Source: Candidatus Peribacteraceae bacterium (GTDB lineage Bacteria > Patescibacteriota > Gracilibacteria > Peribacterales > Peribacteraceae). From it: a stretch of 62,091 nucleotides of DNA. A program made the translations under genes and the position numbers. Of this stretch, positions 18,709 to 27,916 are shown in pieces; within the stretch, counting starts at the first letter, position 1, and each line of letters starts with the position of its first letter. The notes beneath the pieces are model-generated. The model was given only the letters and a program-made list of their open reading frames with translations, was not told the origin of the DNA and made no database searches. Where the stretch lies: contig JASMHZ010000003.1 in the NCBI GenBank assembly GCA_030750465.1, forward strand, positions 1 through 62,091. Reading direction: 5' to 3'.

Positions 18709-18740
18709 CAGGACGGCAGCTCGTAGCTGCCGTCTTTGTT
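18709..18740. terminator. Hairpin terminator between convergent frames
   Basis: ggacggcagc-tcgta-gctgccgtct with T-rich and A-rich flanks. Confidence 0.7.
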
Positions 18741-18749
18741 ATGCGGAAA

Positions 18750-18977
18750 TTACTTCTCACAACTAGCCATGCAACATGCCATGCTCTTTATCCAGAGGTG
18801 GGATGTTATTGCGAATGCAATAATGGCAAGCGAAGCGCCTGTTGTTCCAAATGTAGCTCCTGCTCCTACAAAGTGGGTTTCATAGATACCTGCCAGGGAA
18901 GCAAGCATAGCGAGAAATGTTAATACGTTTATTACCCATCGGAGTGCTTGTATGGAAGAAGGGTTAGGTTTGCTCAT
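18750..18977 (-). CDS. Small two-TM membrane protein with a Cys-rich C-terminus
   Basis: Two hydrophobic segments, ends MACCMASCEK. Confidence 0.6.
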   Translation of the reverse strand: MSKPNPSSIQALRWVINVLTFLAMLASLAGIYETHFVGAGATFGTTGASLAIIAFAITSHLWIKSMACCMASCEK

Positions 18978-19044
18978 GGTGTGTAAGGGGAACATCATTT
19001 GATAGGGTACCTTTTTTGGTTGTTTTAAACAATATCAGGGGGGT

Positions 19045-19161
19045 AATTGACAATTGAAAATGGACAATTGACAATTGACAATTGACAATTGACAATTCTA
19101 AAGAGAATTTGAGCTTGTTCTCGCTTGCGCATTGTCAATTGTCAATTGTTCATTGTCAATT
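19045..19161. repeat. Family A palindromic heptamer element, copy 4 (expanded left arm)
   Basis: About seven AATTGAC-type units, same core as copy 1. Confidence 0.85.
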
Positions 19162-19203
19162 TGTTAAACAAAACCAATATCATTCATGTATGCTTGGTGC
19201 ATC

Positions 19204-21576
19204 ATGAAGCTCTCTCTAAACTGGGTATCCGACTTTGTAGACCTCAAAGAGATCGATCCGCAGAAGATTGCCGATCGCCTAACCTCCTCTGTAGCAGAAG
19301 TGGAAGAAATTTCGGGACAAGGAGGTTTTTTGGATGGATGTTGTGTTGGAAAGGTACTTAAGCTCAGCGCACATCCTGATGCGGACAGGCTTCAGCTTTG
19401 CGATGTGGAAACGGATCGTGGAAAAGTACGAGTCGTCTGTGGGGGGACGAATCTCCGAGAAGGGATGAGGATTGCATTCGCGCATGTTGGGACGAAGGTC
19501 AAAGACCCAAAGAGTGGCGGAGAGTTTGAACTTAAGAAAGTTAAGATAAGAGGAGAAGATAGCAATGGAATGATCTGTGCAGCAGAAGAGTTGGAGCTTT
19601 CTATGCAATATCCGCCTAAGCCGGAAGAGGGCGAATGGCCTGTAATTGATTTTGGAAGCGGGGATAAAGATGTTGGAAAGGCGCTCAGCGAATTCATTGG
19701 AGGCGGAGATATTGTGTTTCACATTGATAACCATTCAATTGCACATCGTCCTGACCTATTTTCTCAAGTCGGCTTCGCGCGCGAGTTCGTTGCCTTGGGA
19801 CTGGCTACTTGGAAGAAAGATCGCCCGAATTTTGCGGACCATAAGCTTCCTTCTGCAAAACTTCCCTTCAAAAACATTTTGGACTGTAAGGACAAGATTC
19901 CAAATTACCACGCATGCTTAATGGAGATTGATAATGTTGGTGAAACTCCGGATTGGATGAAGCAGAGGTTGGAAGCAGTAGGCTTCAGATCACTTTACCT
20001 TCCAATTGATATTACAAACTTCGTGATGGTTGAAGTTGGAATGCCTTTGCACAGCTTCGATGCTGGTGATTTTAAGGGAGATATTCGAACAAGGCTCAGT
20101 AAAAAAGGCGAGAAGATTACGACTTTGGATGAAAAAGAACGTGAGCTTCCCGAAGGAGCAATTGTACTAAGCGATGATGATGGAATCTTCGACCTTTTGG
20201 GCGTTATGGGGGGACTGCGAAGCTCTACAAAAGATTCAACAAAGCGAGTTTATCTTCACAGCGCCGGAGTTGAGCCTGCATCAATCAGAAAAACAATTAT
20301 GGCAACAGGCCATAGGACAGATGCCGCGACTATTTATGAAAAAGGAGTTCCCAATGTGATTGTTAAGCAAGGATTCAATCGCGCACTGCAGCTATTTCTC
20401 GATCTGGTTCCCGGAGCAAAGGTAATATCTTCGCAGGACAGCTGGGGTGATGATGGAAAAGCGAAACCAATCAAATTATCAGCCAAGAGAGCTTCAGAAT
20501 TCCTCGGCGCTGATATTCCTGCAAAGACCACAGCCAAAATCCTAAAAGATCTGGAGTTTAAAGTTGAAGGATCAGGAGATTCACTCACAGTCACTCCTCC
20601 TTTGCATCGCTTGAGTGATGTTTCTGGCCCGCACGATTTGATTGAGGAAGTGGGAAGGATATTTGGATACGATAACATTGAATCACAGATGCCGTGTGCA
20701 TCTATCGAGCCTCCTCCGCGCGATGAGCGAGTTCATTTGGTCAGAGATTCGCTCAAAGAGTCGGGTTTTGTGGAAATTCTCCCGTTATCTTTGGTAGGCC
20801 CTGCGTTAATTGATAAGTGCGGAATGGATCCTGGTAATTGCATTGCAATAGAGAATTCACTTGGTGAAGAAACCTCTTTGATGCAGCCGCATTCGCTTCT
20901 AGGATTATTGGAACATGCTGAAAATAATTTATTGAATGTTGAATCTCAACTTTGCACCTTTCATTGGGGGCAGGTTTTCGATAAAGAAGGCAAGGATCAA
21001 ATAGAACTTGGTGCGTTGGTTGCAAGCAGAGTTGAATCGGGAATAGATGATGATCCATTTTTGAAACTAAAATCTGCGATCAAGAATGCACTCAAGTCAT
21101 CCGGATATCATATGAGAGTCGAGACTATGAAAAACTCGTCATCATTTATGCATCCTGGACGCAGAGCTCAGATAGTGGTTGGCAAGGACACAGTGGGGGA
21201 GATATTCGAAGTGCATCCCTTTGTTCGCAAGAACTTTGGCCTTCCAATGCGCACAGCGGGACTCAGGATCAACCTTTCAGTACTCTTTGATATTGTGCCA
21301 TCCAAGAAGTATTCCAAGTCGGTACCTCAATTTCCTGCGATTACATATGACATCACTATCCCATTCTCGCAGGACAAGAGTGCTGGTGAATTGCTAAAGA
21401 AAATCAAGAAGACATCCAAACTCTTGGAGAGTGTTGAAGTTGCAAAGCTATACTCAAAAGACAAAATGCAGGACTACAATCTAACAATCAGATGTACATA
21501 TAGAGCGTCTGATAGGACTTTGAAGGAGGAGGAGGCGAAGGAGGAGCATAAGGCGGTGTTGGCGTTGGTCGGTTGA
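19204..21576 (+). CDS. pheT: Phenylalanine-tRNA ligase beta subunit
   Basis: MKLSLNWV, HPDADRL, VVCGGTN, IRGEDSNGMIC, B3/4 domain, DLIEEVGRIFGY, HPGR, FDX-ACB RTL. Confidence 0.95.
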   Translation: MKLSLNWVSDFVDLKEIDPQKIADRLTSSVAEVEEISGQGGFLDGCCVGKVLKLSAHPDADRLQLCDVETDRGKVRVVCGGTNLREGMRIAFAHVGTKVKDPKSGGEFELKKVKIRGEDSNGMICAAEELELSMQYPPKPEEGEWPVIDFGSGDKDVGKALSEFIGGGDIVFHIDNHSIAHRPDLFSQVGFAREFVALGLATWKKDRPNFADHKLPSAKLPFKNILDCKDKIPNYHACLMEIDNVGETPDWMKQRLEAVGFRSLYLPIDITNFVMVEVGMPLHSFDAGDFKGDIRTRLSKKGEKITTLDEKERELPEGAIVLSDDDGIFDLLGVMGGLRSSTKDSTKRVYLHSAGVEPASIRKTIMATGHRTDAATIYEKGVPNVIVKQGFNRALQLFLDLVPGAKVISSQDSWGDDGKAKPIKLSAKRASEFLGADIPAKTTAKILKDLEFKVEGSGDSLTVTPPLHRLSDVSGPHDLIEEVGRIFGYDNIESQMPCASIEPPPRDERVHLVRDSLKESGFVEILPLSLVGPALIDKCGMDPGNCIAIENSLGEETSLMQPHSLLGLLEHAENNLLNVESQLCTFHWGQVFDKEGKDQIELGALVASRVESGIDDDPFLKLKSAIKNALKSSGYHMRVETMKNSSSFMHPGRRAQIVVGKDTVGEIFEVHPFVRKNFGLPMRTAGLRINLSVLFDIVPSKKYSKSVPQFPAITYDITIPFSQDKSAGELLKKIKKTSKLLESVEVAKLYSKDKMQDYNLTIRCTYRASDRTLKEEEAKEEHKAVLALVG

Positions 21577-21622
21577 TCGGGTTCGGTTTTCGGGTTCGGG
21601 TGCGGTATGATTATTGTCCATT

Positions 21623-22147
21623 ATGTCAGTTACAACTAGAACCGGCGATGGGGGATACTCACGTTTATTGACAGGGGAGCGTGTTTCAAAAGGTTGTTTC
21701 AGATTAGAAGCATACGGAACTGTTGATGAACTTAATGCTGTAATCGGAGTTGTGATGGCGGAAGATGGAAGCGATAAGTTTCCGTTGGGTGATCTTCAGA
21801 AGCTCTTATTCTTGATCGGATCTGATCTTGCGACTCCAGAAGATTCTCAAGTAAACATAAAGCGAGTGTCACCTGATGATGTAAAGATAATTGATGAATG
21901 GATAGCAGAATTAGAATCAGCTTTACCAGAACTTAAGAGGTTCATACTTCCAAGCGGTTCAAAATTAGGATCGTTTCTGCATTTAGCTCGCACCGTGTGC
22001 AGAAGAGCAGAGCGATGCACGGTCAGATTATCCGAAAAGGAAAAGATCAATGAGCAGATTCATATATTTTTAAATCGTCTAAGTGATTATCTGTTTCTTT
22101 GTGCGAGGCAGGCTAATAGAGTGGAAGGCTCAGAGACTGAAATATAA
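21623..22147 (+). CDS. PduO-type ATP:cob(I)alamin adenosyltransferase
   Basis: TRTGDGG, YGTVDELN, GSDLA, FILPSG, ARTVCRRAER, LNRLSDYLF. Confidence 0.92.
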   Translation: MSVTTRTGDGGYSRLLTGERVSKGCFRLEAYGTVDELNAVIGVVMAEDGSDKFPLGDLQKLLFLIGSDLATPEDSQVNIKRVSPDDVKIIDEWIAELESALPELKRFILPSGSKLGSFLHLARTVCRRAERCTVRLSEKEKINEQIHIFLNRLSDYLFLCARQANRVEGSETEI

Positions 22148-22160
22148 TTGTATGTACAAT

Positions 22161-22181
22161 GCCTGCCTGCCAGCAGGCAGG
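22161..22181. repeat. Short palindrome between convergent genes
   Basis: cctgcctgccagcaggcagg. Confidence 0.6.
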
Positions 22182-22192
22182 TACATACACCT

Positions 22193-22513
22193 CTAAATCA
22201 TTGTTTCACCTTTAGGTAACCCGAGTACTTCCCAAAAATTCAAAACAACCAGGAATAGGAAGAAGATGATCAGAGGAATGGTAATTGCGAGTGCGAGAGC
22301 ATTGGCCGGCTTTTCATTTGGATTAAGGCTTCTAAATAAACTCAAACCTCCATACATGATTGTGACGAATGCGAATGGCAGATCAGCTCGTTGCATCCAC
22401 CATGCCGCGGCAGTCATCATCATTTCATTCTTTAAAAGGAAATAAGCTGCAAAGAAGCTTATGCCTAAAGCAAAGAATAGGAAAGCGGAGAGTTGATGTA
22501 AGTATTTGACCAT
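22193..22513 (-). CDS. Small three-TM membrane protein
   Basis: Three hydrophobic segments; TATTCT 8 nt before the ATG. Confidence 0.7.
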   Translation of the reverse strand: MVKYLHQLSAFLFFALGISFFAAYFLLKNEMMMTAAAWWMQRADLPFAFVTIMYGGLSLFRSLNPNEKPANALALAITIPLIIFFLFLVVLNFWEVLGLPKGETMI

Positions 22514-22561
22514 CGAGTATTAGAATACTGGAATACAGGAATTCAGGAAATCCCAAGTGTT

Positions 22562-22702
22562 CTATTTCTTTTTCTGTACTGTTACCCTCTTTCTGCCCTT
22601 TCTTCTGCGCCTATTTAGCACCTCTCGTCCGTTTTTGGTCTTCATGCGGCTCATGAATCCATGTTTCCTTAAACGCCGGCGCCATTTGAGTTTTCCTAAC
22701 AT
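22562..22702 (-). CDS. rpmH: 50S ribosomal protein L34 (46 aa, not in the ORF track)
   Basis: Manual translation [46 protein letters not shown] matches the L34 pattern HGF..RM.T..GR.VL.RRR.KGR. Confidence 0.93.
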   Translation of the reverse strand: MLGKLKWRRRLRKHGFMSRMKTKNGREVLNRRRRKGRKRVTVQKKK

Positions 22703-22789
22703 CGGCGGAAGATTATGGGGTTTTGAGTTAGCGGTCAATAAAGTTTAATAGTTTTTGGTTTCTGGTTAGATTCAGCTAAACTTCAATTC

Positions 22790-24049
22790 ATGTTTAATAC
22801 CTCAAAATTAGAATCGGGCCTAAAGGTCCTATCTGCCCCACTAGATGGGACAGCATCTGTAACAGTATTGGTATTTGCGGGCGCAGGATCGCGTTACGAA
22901 ACAAATGAAGAACGCGGAATAAGCCATTTTTTGGAACATATGTTCTTTAAGGGTGGCAAGAAGTACAAGAATACCAAGGAGGTCAGTGCCGCTATAGACG
23001 GAGTTGGAGGAGACTTTAATGCGTTTACAGGCAAGGAATATGCCGGTTATTACGTCAAAGTAGCGGCCGAACACAAGGAATTGGCATGCGATGTACTTAG
23101 TGACATGCTTCTGAATGCGTCATTCCCTCCAGAGGATATTGAGCGTGAACGCGGAGTCATCATAGAAGAAGAAAGAATGTATCAAGATACTCCAATGTAT
23201 CGCGCGGGTTGGGATTTCGAAGAACTTGTATTCGGAGATCATCCCTTAGGATGGGACACGATTGGAAAGATGGAAGTTATAAACTCAGTTGGGCAAAAAG
23301 ATTTCCAGAAGCATAAAGATCTTCTATACACGCCAGATAACATTGTCGTCTCATTCTCAGGAAAAATTGATGAAGGTGAAGCAATGGAACTCTCCGACAA
23401 ATATTTCACCGGTGTTTCCGGATCAAAAGACCGCGAGTTTAATAAGTTTGATAACTACGGATCGGATCGCGTCTTCCTCAGAAATAAAGAAACCGAACAA
23501 GCGCACCTAGTTCTGGGAGTCCCCGGTGCAAATTCGTTAGGCGATGATTACTTTACGCAAAAACTCCTCGCAATAATCCTTGGGGGCAACATGAGCTCGC
23601 GCATGTTCTTAAACATCCGTGAAGCCAAGGGTCTTTGTTATTACATTTCTACCGATGATGATGCTTACCTGGACGCAGGCTCATTTTCCACTCGTGCGGG
23701 AGTAGATCAAACAAGATTGCACGAGGCAATTGAATGTATCAGTCATGAATATGCTGTATGTGCCAAGAAGGGAGTTACTGATGAAGAGCTGAAAAGATCA
23801 AAAGACTTCCTTAAAGGAAAAATTACCCTAAGTCTGGAAGACTCGGAAGAAGTTGCGCATTTTTACGGCAAACAAGAGCTCTTGTATCCGAAAGTAAGAA
23901 CGATCGAAGATTATTTTTCGGAGATAGAATCAGTTACGAAGGATAATGTGAATGAGTTAGCTCAAAAACTCCTCAAGCCGGAAGAGATGAGGTTGGTTGT
24001 GATCGGGAAAGAAAAAGATGAGGAAAAACTGAAAGGATTAATTAGTTGA
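22790..24049 (+). CDS. M16 (pitrilysin-family) zinc peptidase
   Basis: GSRYE, inverted zinc motif HFLEHMFFKG, NAFT, GGNMSSRMF..IRE..GLCY. Confidence 0.92.
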   Translation: MFNTSKLESGLKVLSAPLDGTASVTVLVFAGAGSRYETNEERGISHFLEHMFFKGGKKYKNTKEVSAAIDGVGGDFNAFTGKEYAGYYVKVAAEHKELACDVLSDMLLNASFPPEDIERERGVIIEEERMYQDTPMYRAGWDFEELVFGDHPLGWDTIGKMEVINSVGQKDFQKHKDLLYTPDNIVVSFSGKIDEGEAMELSDKYFTGVSGSKDREFNKFDNYGSDRVFLRNKETEQAHLVLGVPGANSLGDDYFTQKLLAIILGGNMSSRMFLNIREAKGLCYYISTDDDAYLDAGSFSTRAGVDQTRLHEAIECISHEYAVCAKKGVTDEELKRSKDFLKGKITLSLEDSEEVAHFYGKQELLYPKVRTIEDYFSEIESVTKDNVNELAQKLLKPEEMRLVVIGKEKDEEKLKGLIS

Positions 24050-24088
24050 TGATACTATTCTGATAGATTTATTTACTCCAATATCATA

Positions 24089-24523
24089 ATGCAACGAACA
24101 TTAATCCTACTAAAACCTGACTGTATGCAGAAAAAAATCTGCGGAACAGTTCTCAAGCGTTTCGAAGAAGCAGGTTTCAAAATTATTGGATGCAAGATGA
24201 TCAAGTTAGACTTAGAAACTCTCCGCGAACACTATGCGCACATAGCAGAGCTTCCTTTCTATCCGGAAGTTGAAAAGTTCATGAGTTTAACCCCTGTCAT
24301 CGGAATTGTTTTGGAGGGCGATGACATAATAAACAAAATGCGGGAGCTGCTTGGAGTAACAGATTGCTTGGAAGCTGCCCCCGGTACCATTAGAGCTGAA
24401 TTTGGAAGCAAAGAAGAAGGGGAGAACAAGATGAAAAATGTTGTTCATGCTTCGGACTCTCCGGAGACGGCGGAGAAAGAAATTGTCAGATTCTTTGGTG
24501 CTGATGAACTGTTTGATTACTAG
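24089..24523 (+). CDS. ndk: Nucleoside diphosphate kinase
   Basis: RTLILLKPD, EHYAH, PGTIRAEFG, NVVHASDS. Confidence 0.95.
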   Translation: MQRTLILLKPDCMQKKICGTVLKRFEEAGFKIIGCKMIKLDLETLREHYAHIAELPFYPEVEKFMSLTPVIGIVLEGDDIINKMRELLGVTDCLEAAPGTIRAEFGSKEEGENKMKNVVHASDSPETAEKEIVRFFGADELFDY

Positions 24524-24592
24524 TTGAAAGTTGTAAATGGTAAGTGGAAAATAATCTTTAATTTTCAACTTTCAACTTTCAACTTTCAATTT
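24521..24592. repeat. Inverted heptamer array (TGAAAGT/ACTTTCA) between convergent genes
   Basis: agttgaaagttgtaaatggtaagtggaaaa...ttttcaactttcaactttcaactttca. Confidence 0.65.
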
Positions 24593-25844
24593 CATCAGGT
24601 CTTTCACCGTCAACAAGAAATTCAATTGCTGCATCCAGTTGAGGATCTACTTCATCAATAATCTGCTCGCGAGTTCTATCAACTTCGATATCCGGATAAA
24701 CTCCTCCTTTACCAAGATCATTTCCGTCTGGAGTAAGCCATCTTGCTATTGTCATTCTGACTGACGCGTTACCGGGAAGATCAAATACTTCTTGCACAGT
24801 CCCTTTCCCAAAACTCTTCTTACCAACTATTGTTGCACGCTCGTGATCTTGCAATACACCTGCCAATATCTCTGAAGCACTTGCGGATCCTTCATTTATC
24901 ATCACGACCATAGGAATATCCGGATCACTTGGCCTTCCTGATACATAGTGGTGAGTAGGATCTCCATTTCTTCTTTCAACTGTAACCACTTTGCCTTCAT
25001 TTAGGAACATAGATGACATTTCTACAGATCCTTCCAGATATCCTCCTCCGTTAAACCTGAGGTCCAGTATGAGTCCGGCAAGATCCGCGCCTCTCATAAT
25101 ATCAAGTGCGGTTTTAATTTCATTTACGGAGTCCTCCCCAAATTGATTCAGGGCAATGTAGCCCACAGAACCTGTTTCAGTTTTCTTTATTTCATACTCA
25201 ACACTCGGAACTTGGATACTTGTCCTTATTATCTGAATTTTTATCGGCTCAGGTGCATCAGTGCGTGCGATTGTGAGTTCAATCTTCGAGCCCTTGGGGC
25301 CTCTGATCAATTGCACTACTTGATGCAGAGTTTGGCCGGCAATATTTTTACTATTAACATGAGTAATCACGTCTTCGGGTTCCAGACCTGCTTTCGAAGC
25401 AGGCGACCCTTTAAGTGGAGCGACTACTACAACAAGGCTGTCTCTCATGGTTAGTTCAGCTCCTATTCCTTCCAATTTACCCTGCAGAGCTTTCTGGAAA
25501 TCGCTGTTCTCCGAAGGTGTCATAAACGTTGTATAAGGATCTCCAACTGATCCAACCAGTCCTCCAACGGCTCCATAAACCATTTCAGGAGGATTTAACA
25601 TGTCAGGGTCTATGTAATGCGCCAAGAGCAGTCTCCATACACCCCACAAAAGCGAAAGATCAACTTCACGTTCGGGATCTGCGAGCAATGCCCCGCTCAT
25701 AGATTTTCCGGTATAAAGCAATTCCAGTTTTTCTGTCATTTCTACCACATGTCTTTGTTCATACCTGACTCCCAATTGCCAACCCAGGACTAGGGTTATA
25801 AGTGGAAGAATTATCAGTGTTGCGATGCGGAGGGGCTTGAGCAT
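24579..25844 (-). CDS. S41-family carboxyl-terminal processing protease with PDZ domain
   Basis: N-terminal TM, DPYT, GIGAEL, IRGPKGS, LDLRFNGGG, SASASEI, GKKSFGKGTVQ. Confidence 0.92.
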   Translation of the reverse strand: MLKPLRIATLIILPLITLVLGWQLGVRYEQRHVVEMTEKLELLYTGKSMSGALLADPEREVDLSLLWGVWRLLLAHYIDPDMLNPPEMVYGAVGGLVGSVGDPYTTFMTPSENSDFQKALQGKLEGIGAELTMRDSLVVVVAPLKGSPASKAGLEPEDVITHVNSKNIAGQTLHQVVQLIRGPKGSKIELTIARTDAPEPIKIQIIRTSIQVPSVEYEIKKTETGSVGYIALNQFGEDSVNEIKTALDIMRGADLAGLILDLRFNGGGYLEGSVEMSSMFLNEGKVVTVERRNGDPTHHYVSGRPSDPDIPMVVMINEGSASASEILAGVLQDHERATIVGKKSFGKGTVQEVFDLPGNASVRMTIARWLTPDGNDLGKGGVYPDIEVDRTREQIIDEVDPQLDAAIEFLVDGERPDEIES

Positions 25845-25895
25845 TGTGGGATGAGTATAGCGGATACTTAGAATATTCATAAAAAATATTGATAA

Positions 25896-25993
25896 ACAAT
25901 CGACAATCGACAATCAACACGTTCGCTACGCTCACTTTCAACAAGTTGATTGTTGATTGTTGACAGCCCGCGTAAGCGGGCGTGTCGATTGTT
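25896..25993. repeat. Family B inverted heptamer element, copy 2
   Basis: acaatcg/acaatca arm, acacgttcgctacgctcact insert, ttgattg arm with a gcccgc...gcgggc hairpin. Confidence 0.75.
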
Positions 25994-26016
25994 ATTAGTT
26001 AGTGTAGGATATAGAC

Positions 26017-26586
26017 GTGATTAAACTGTCTGCTAGGTTAGAACGGCGCCTAAAGGATGTCTTCTCCAGAGCGAAAGAAAGGGAAAAATTTGCTTCTGAT
26101 ATTATCGAGGAAGCATTAGACAAGAATCAATCGAAGTCGGAGGTTGAAATGGTTGGAGGAACCCTCCACTTATTTACGGATGGAGGTTCGCGCGGGAATC
26201 CAGGACAGGCCGCCATAGGATGTGTGATAGAAGACCCTGTTGAGGGAAAGATAATCAGAGAGCATGCCGAAAGAATTGGAATACAAACGAATAATGTTGC
26301 GGAGTATCGTGCGCTTATCGAGGGGTTAAAGATTGCGAGGCGCTATCATCCCAACAGGTTGGTTTGTTTTATGGACTCCGAGCTTATCGTTAAACAACTC
26401 AAGGGAGAATATCGCGTAAAGATGGATACACTCAGAGAATTTGTTGAGGAGATCAAAGAATTAGTGGAAGAATTCGCCTCTGTTGAATTCCATTACATTC
26501 CGAGAGCAGATAATTTTCGAGCGGATACACTTGTTAACAAGTCTTTAGACGAACATCCTTCTCCTAGTTATGAGAAGTCAGAATAA
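26017..26586 (+). CDS. rnhA: Ribonuclease HI with an N-terminal extension
   Basis: FTDGGSRGNPG, TNNVAEY, DSELIVKQL, HYIPR..N..AD. Confidence 0.88.
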   Translation: MIKLSARLERRLKDVFSRAKEREKFASDIIEEALDKNQSKSEVEMVGGTLHLFTDGGSRGNPGQAAIGCVIEDPVEGKIIREHAERIGIQTNNVAEYRALIEGLKIARRYHPNRLVCFMDSELIVKQLKGEYRVKMDTLREFVEEIKELVEEFASVEFHYIPRADNFRADTLVNKSLDEHPSPSYEKSE

Positions 26587-27838
26587 TAAGTTATTGGTTT
26601 CAGGTTTAATTTTTAGTTTTTTAAGTGTGCCTGCAGTTTTGCATGCAGCTTCATATCCAATGACTTACAGATACAATCATCATTTGTTTGAGCTTCAGCC
26701 CTACGAATACTCTCATTGGAAAGGACAAAAGCAAGCTTGGTCTTCACATGGCGCGTCAATCAGACCTTTGGCGGAATTCAGAGTAGATGGAGATCTGATC
26801 CCGCCACTTCCTGCGGGGGTTGTCCGTCATACCATAATTGATTGGGATAAAAGAGCAATACGCGAAACACTTAAAGAAAAGATATCGCTAAAATTTGATC
26901 GCAAACCGGGCTCAGTAGTAATGAAAAAAACAGGGACAGGAGTTCTTTTCGAAGGAATTGGTATGCTTGGAAGAAAAATTGATTTAGATCTGGCAGTCGA
27001 ACTTACAATTGAAGCTTTGGAGAATGAAGTCACTGACATTGTTTTACCAGTAATTGAAATTCAACCTCAAATGGAAATAGATATAACTTTAAGGAAAATG
27101 GGAATACGGGAAGTGATAACTGTAGGTGAGTCAGACTATTCCGGATCTCCTTACGCGCGGCGTCTTAATATTGCTAATGGTTTAAGTAAATTCAATGGAA
27201 CGGTCATTGAAAAAGGAGAAATTTTTTCCTTTAACGAAACATTGGGTCCTGTTAACAGCACAACTGGGTATTATAAAGAGCTTGTAATACTGGGGGAGAG
27301 GACTTTACCGGAGTATGGGGGAGGACTATGCCAGGTAAGCACCACTGCATATAGGGGAATTTGGGAATATGGTTTTCCTATCGAAAAAAGGCGCAATCAT
27401 AGCTTTGCTGTTCTGTATTATTCTCCGCAAGGAACCGATGCAACAATTTATCCTCCGCATACGGATATGAAGTTTGAAAACGATTCACCCGGAGCGCTTT
27501 TGATACAAACCTATAATGATGACGAGAACAGGCAAGCGTATTACATCTATTACGGAACAAACGATAACCGTGAGTCAGAAATAATAGGACCATATGTTTG
27601 GGGCAGAAGATCTGCACCGGCAGATAAGATTGAATACACGACAGCAATTGCACCAGGAACAACGCGCAAGGCCGGTGGGAGAGTTCCGGGATTAAAAGCT
27701 GTGTGGTATCGGGTTGTAAATAAGAGTGGGAAGGAAACAGTTGAACCTTTCTTTTCTTTTTACGAAGCTAGACCGAACTTAACTCAGATTGGCGTTAGTG
27801 ATATGCCTGGCAATGAGCCTAGTTGGATAGGTGATTGA
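26570..27838 (+). CDS. VanW-family exported protein
   Basis: Signal peptide, FSFNETLGP, GGGLCQVSTT, RRNHS, GTDATIY, DMKFEN. Confidence 0.88.
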   Translation: MRSQNNKLLVSGLIFSFLSVPAVLHAASYPMTYRYNHHLFELQPYEYSHWKGQKQAWSSHGASIRPLAEFRVDGDLIPPLPAGVVRHTIIDWDKRAIRETLKEKISLKFDRKPGSVVMKKTGTGVLFEGIGMLGRKIDLDLAVELTIEALENEVTDIVLPVIEIQPQMEIDITLRKMGIREVITVGESDYSGSPYARRLNIANGLSKFNGTVIEKGEIFSFNETLGPVNSTTGYYKELVILGERTLPEYGGGLCQVSTTAYRGIWEYGFPIEKRRNHSFAVLYYSPQGTDATIYPPHTDMKFENDSPGALLIQTYNDDENRQAYYIYYGTNDNRESEIIGPYVWGRRSAPADKIEYTTAIAPGTTRKAGGRVPGLKAVWYRVVNKSGKETVEPFFSFYEARPNLTQIGVSDMPGNEPSWIGD

Positions 27839-27842
27839 CCCT

Positions 27843-27889
27843 TCTTTCTTTTGTCTTAATACAAAAGAAAGAAGCAAAGAAAAAATCAA
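27843..27889. repeat. 47-bp dispersed repeat, family C copy 1
   Basis: tctttcttttgtcttaatacaaaagaaagaagcaaagaaaaaatcaa, identical at 61910-61956. Confidence 0.9.
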
Positions 27890-27916
27890 CGCCCGCCAAT
27901 CCCCACCCACTAGCCC

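Noticed and set aside
18320-18760. Minus-strand frame interrupted only by TGA codons, suggesting TGA recoding
   Set aside because: It is the in-register antisense of a stop-free plus-strand frame, and TGA ends many clear genes in the window (ahcY, pheT).
17086-19040. Intact prophage or integrative element at tRNA-Ser
   Set aside because: No integrase, phage structural genes or att duplication found.
22557-22748. Plus-strand 63-aa ORF and the many other short overlapping ORFs in the track
   Set aside because: Antisense or off-frame shadows of well-supported genes (here rpmH).
22700-22790. Replication origin next to rpmH
   Set aside because: No dnaA or dnaN, and no DnaA-box cluster seen.
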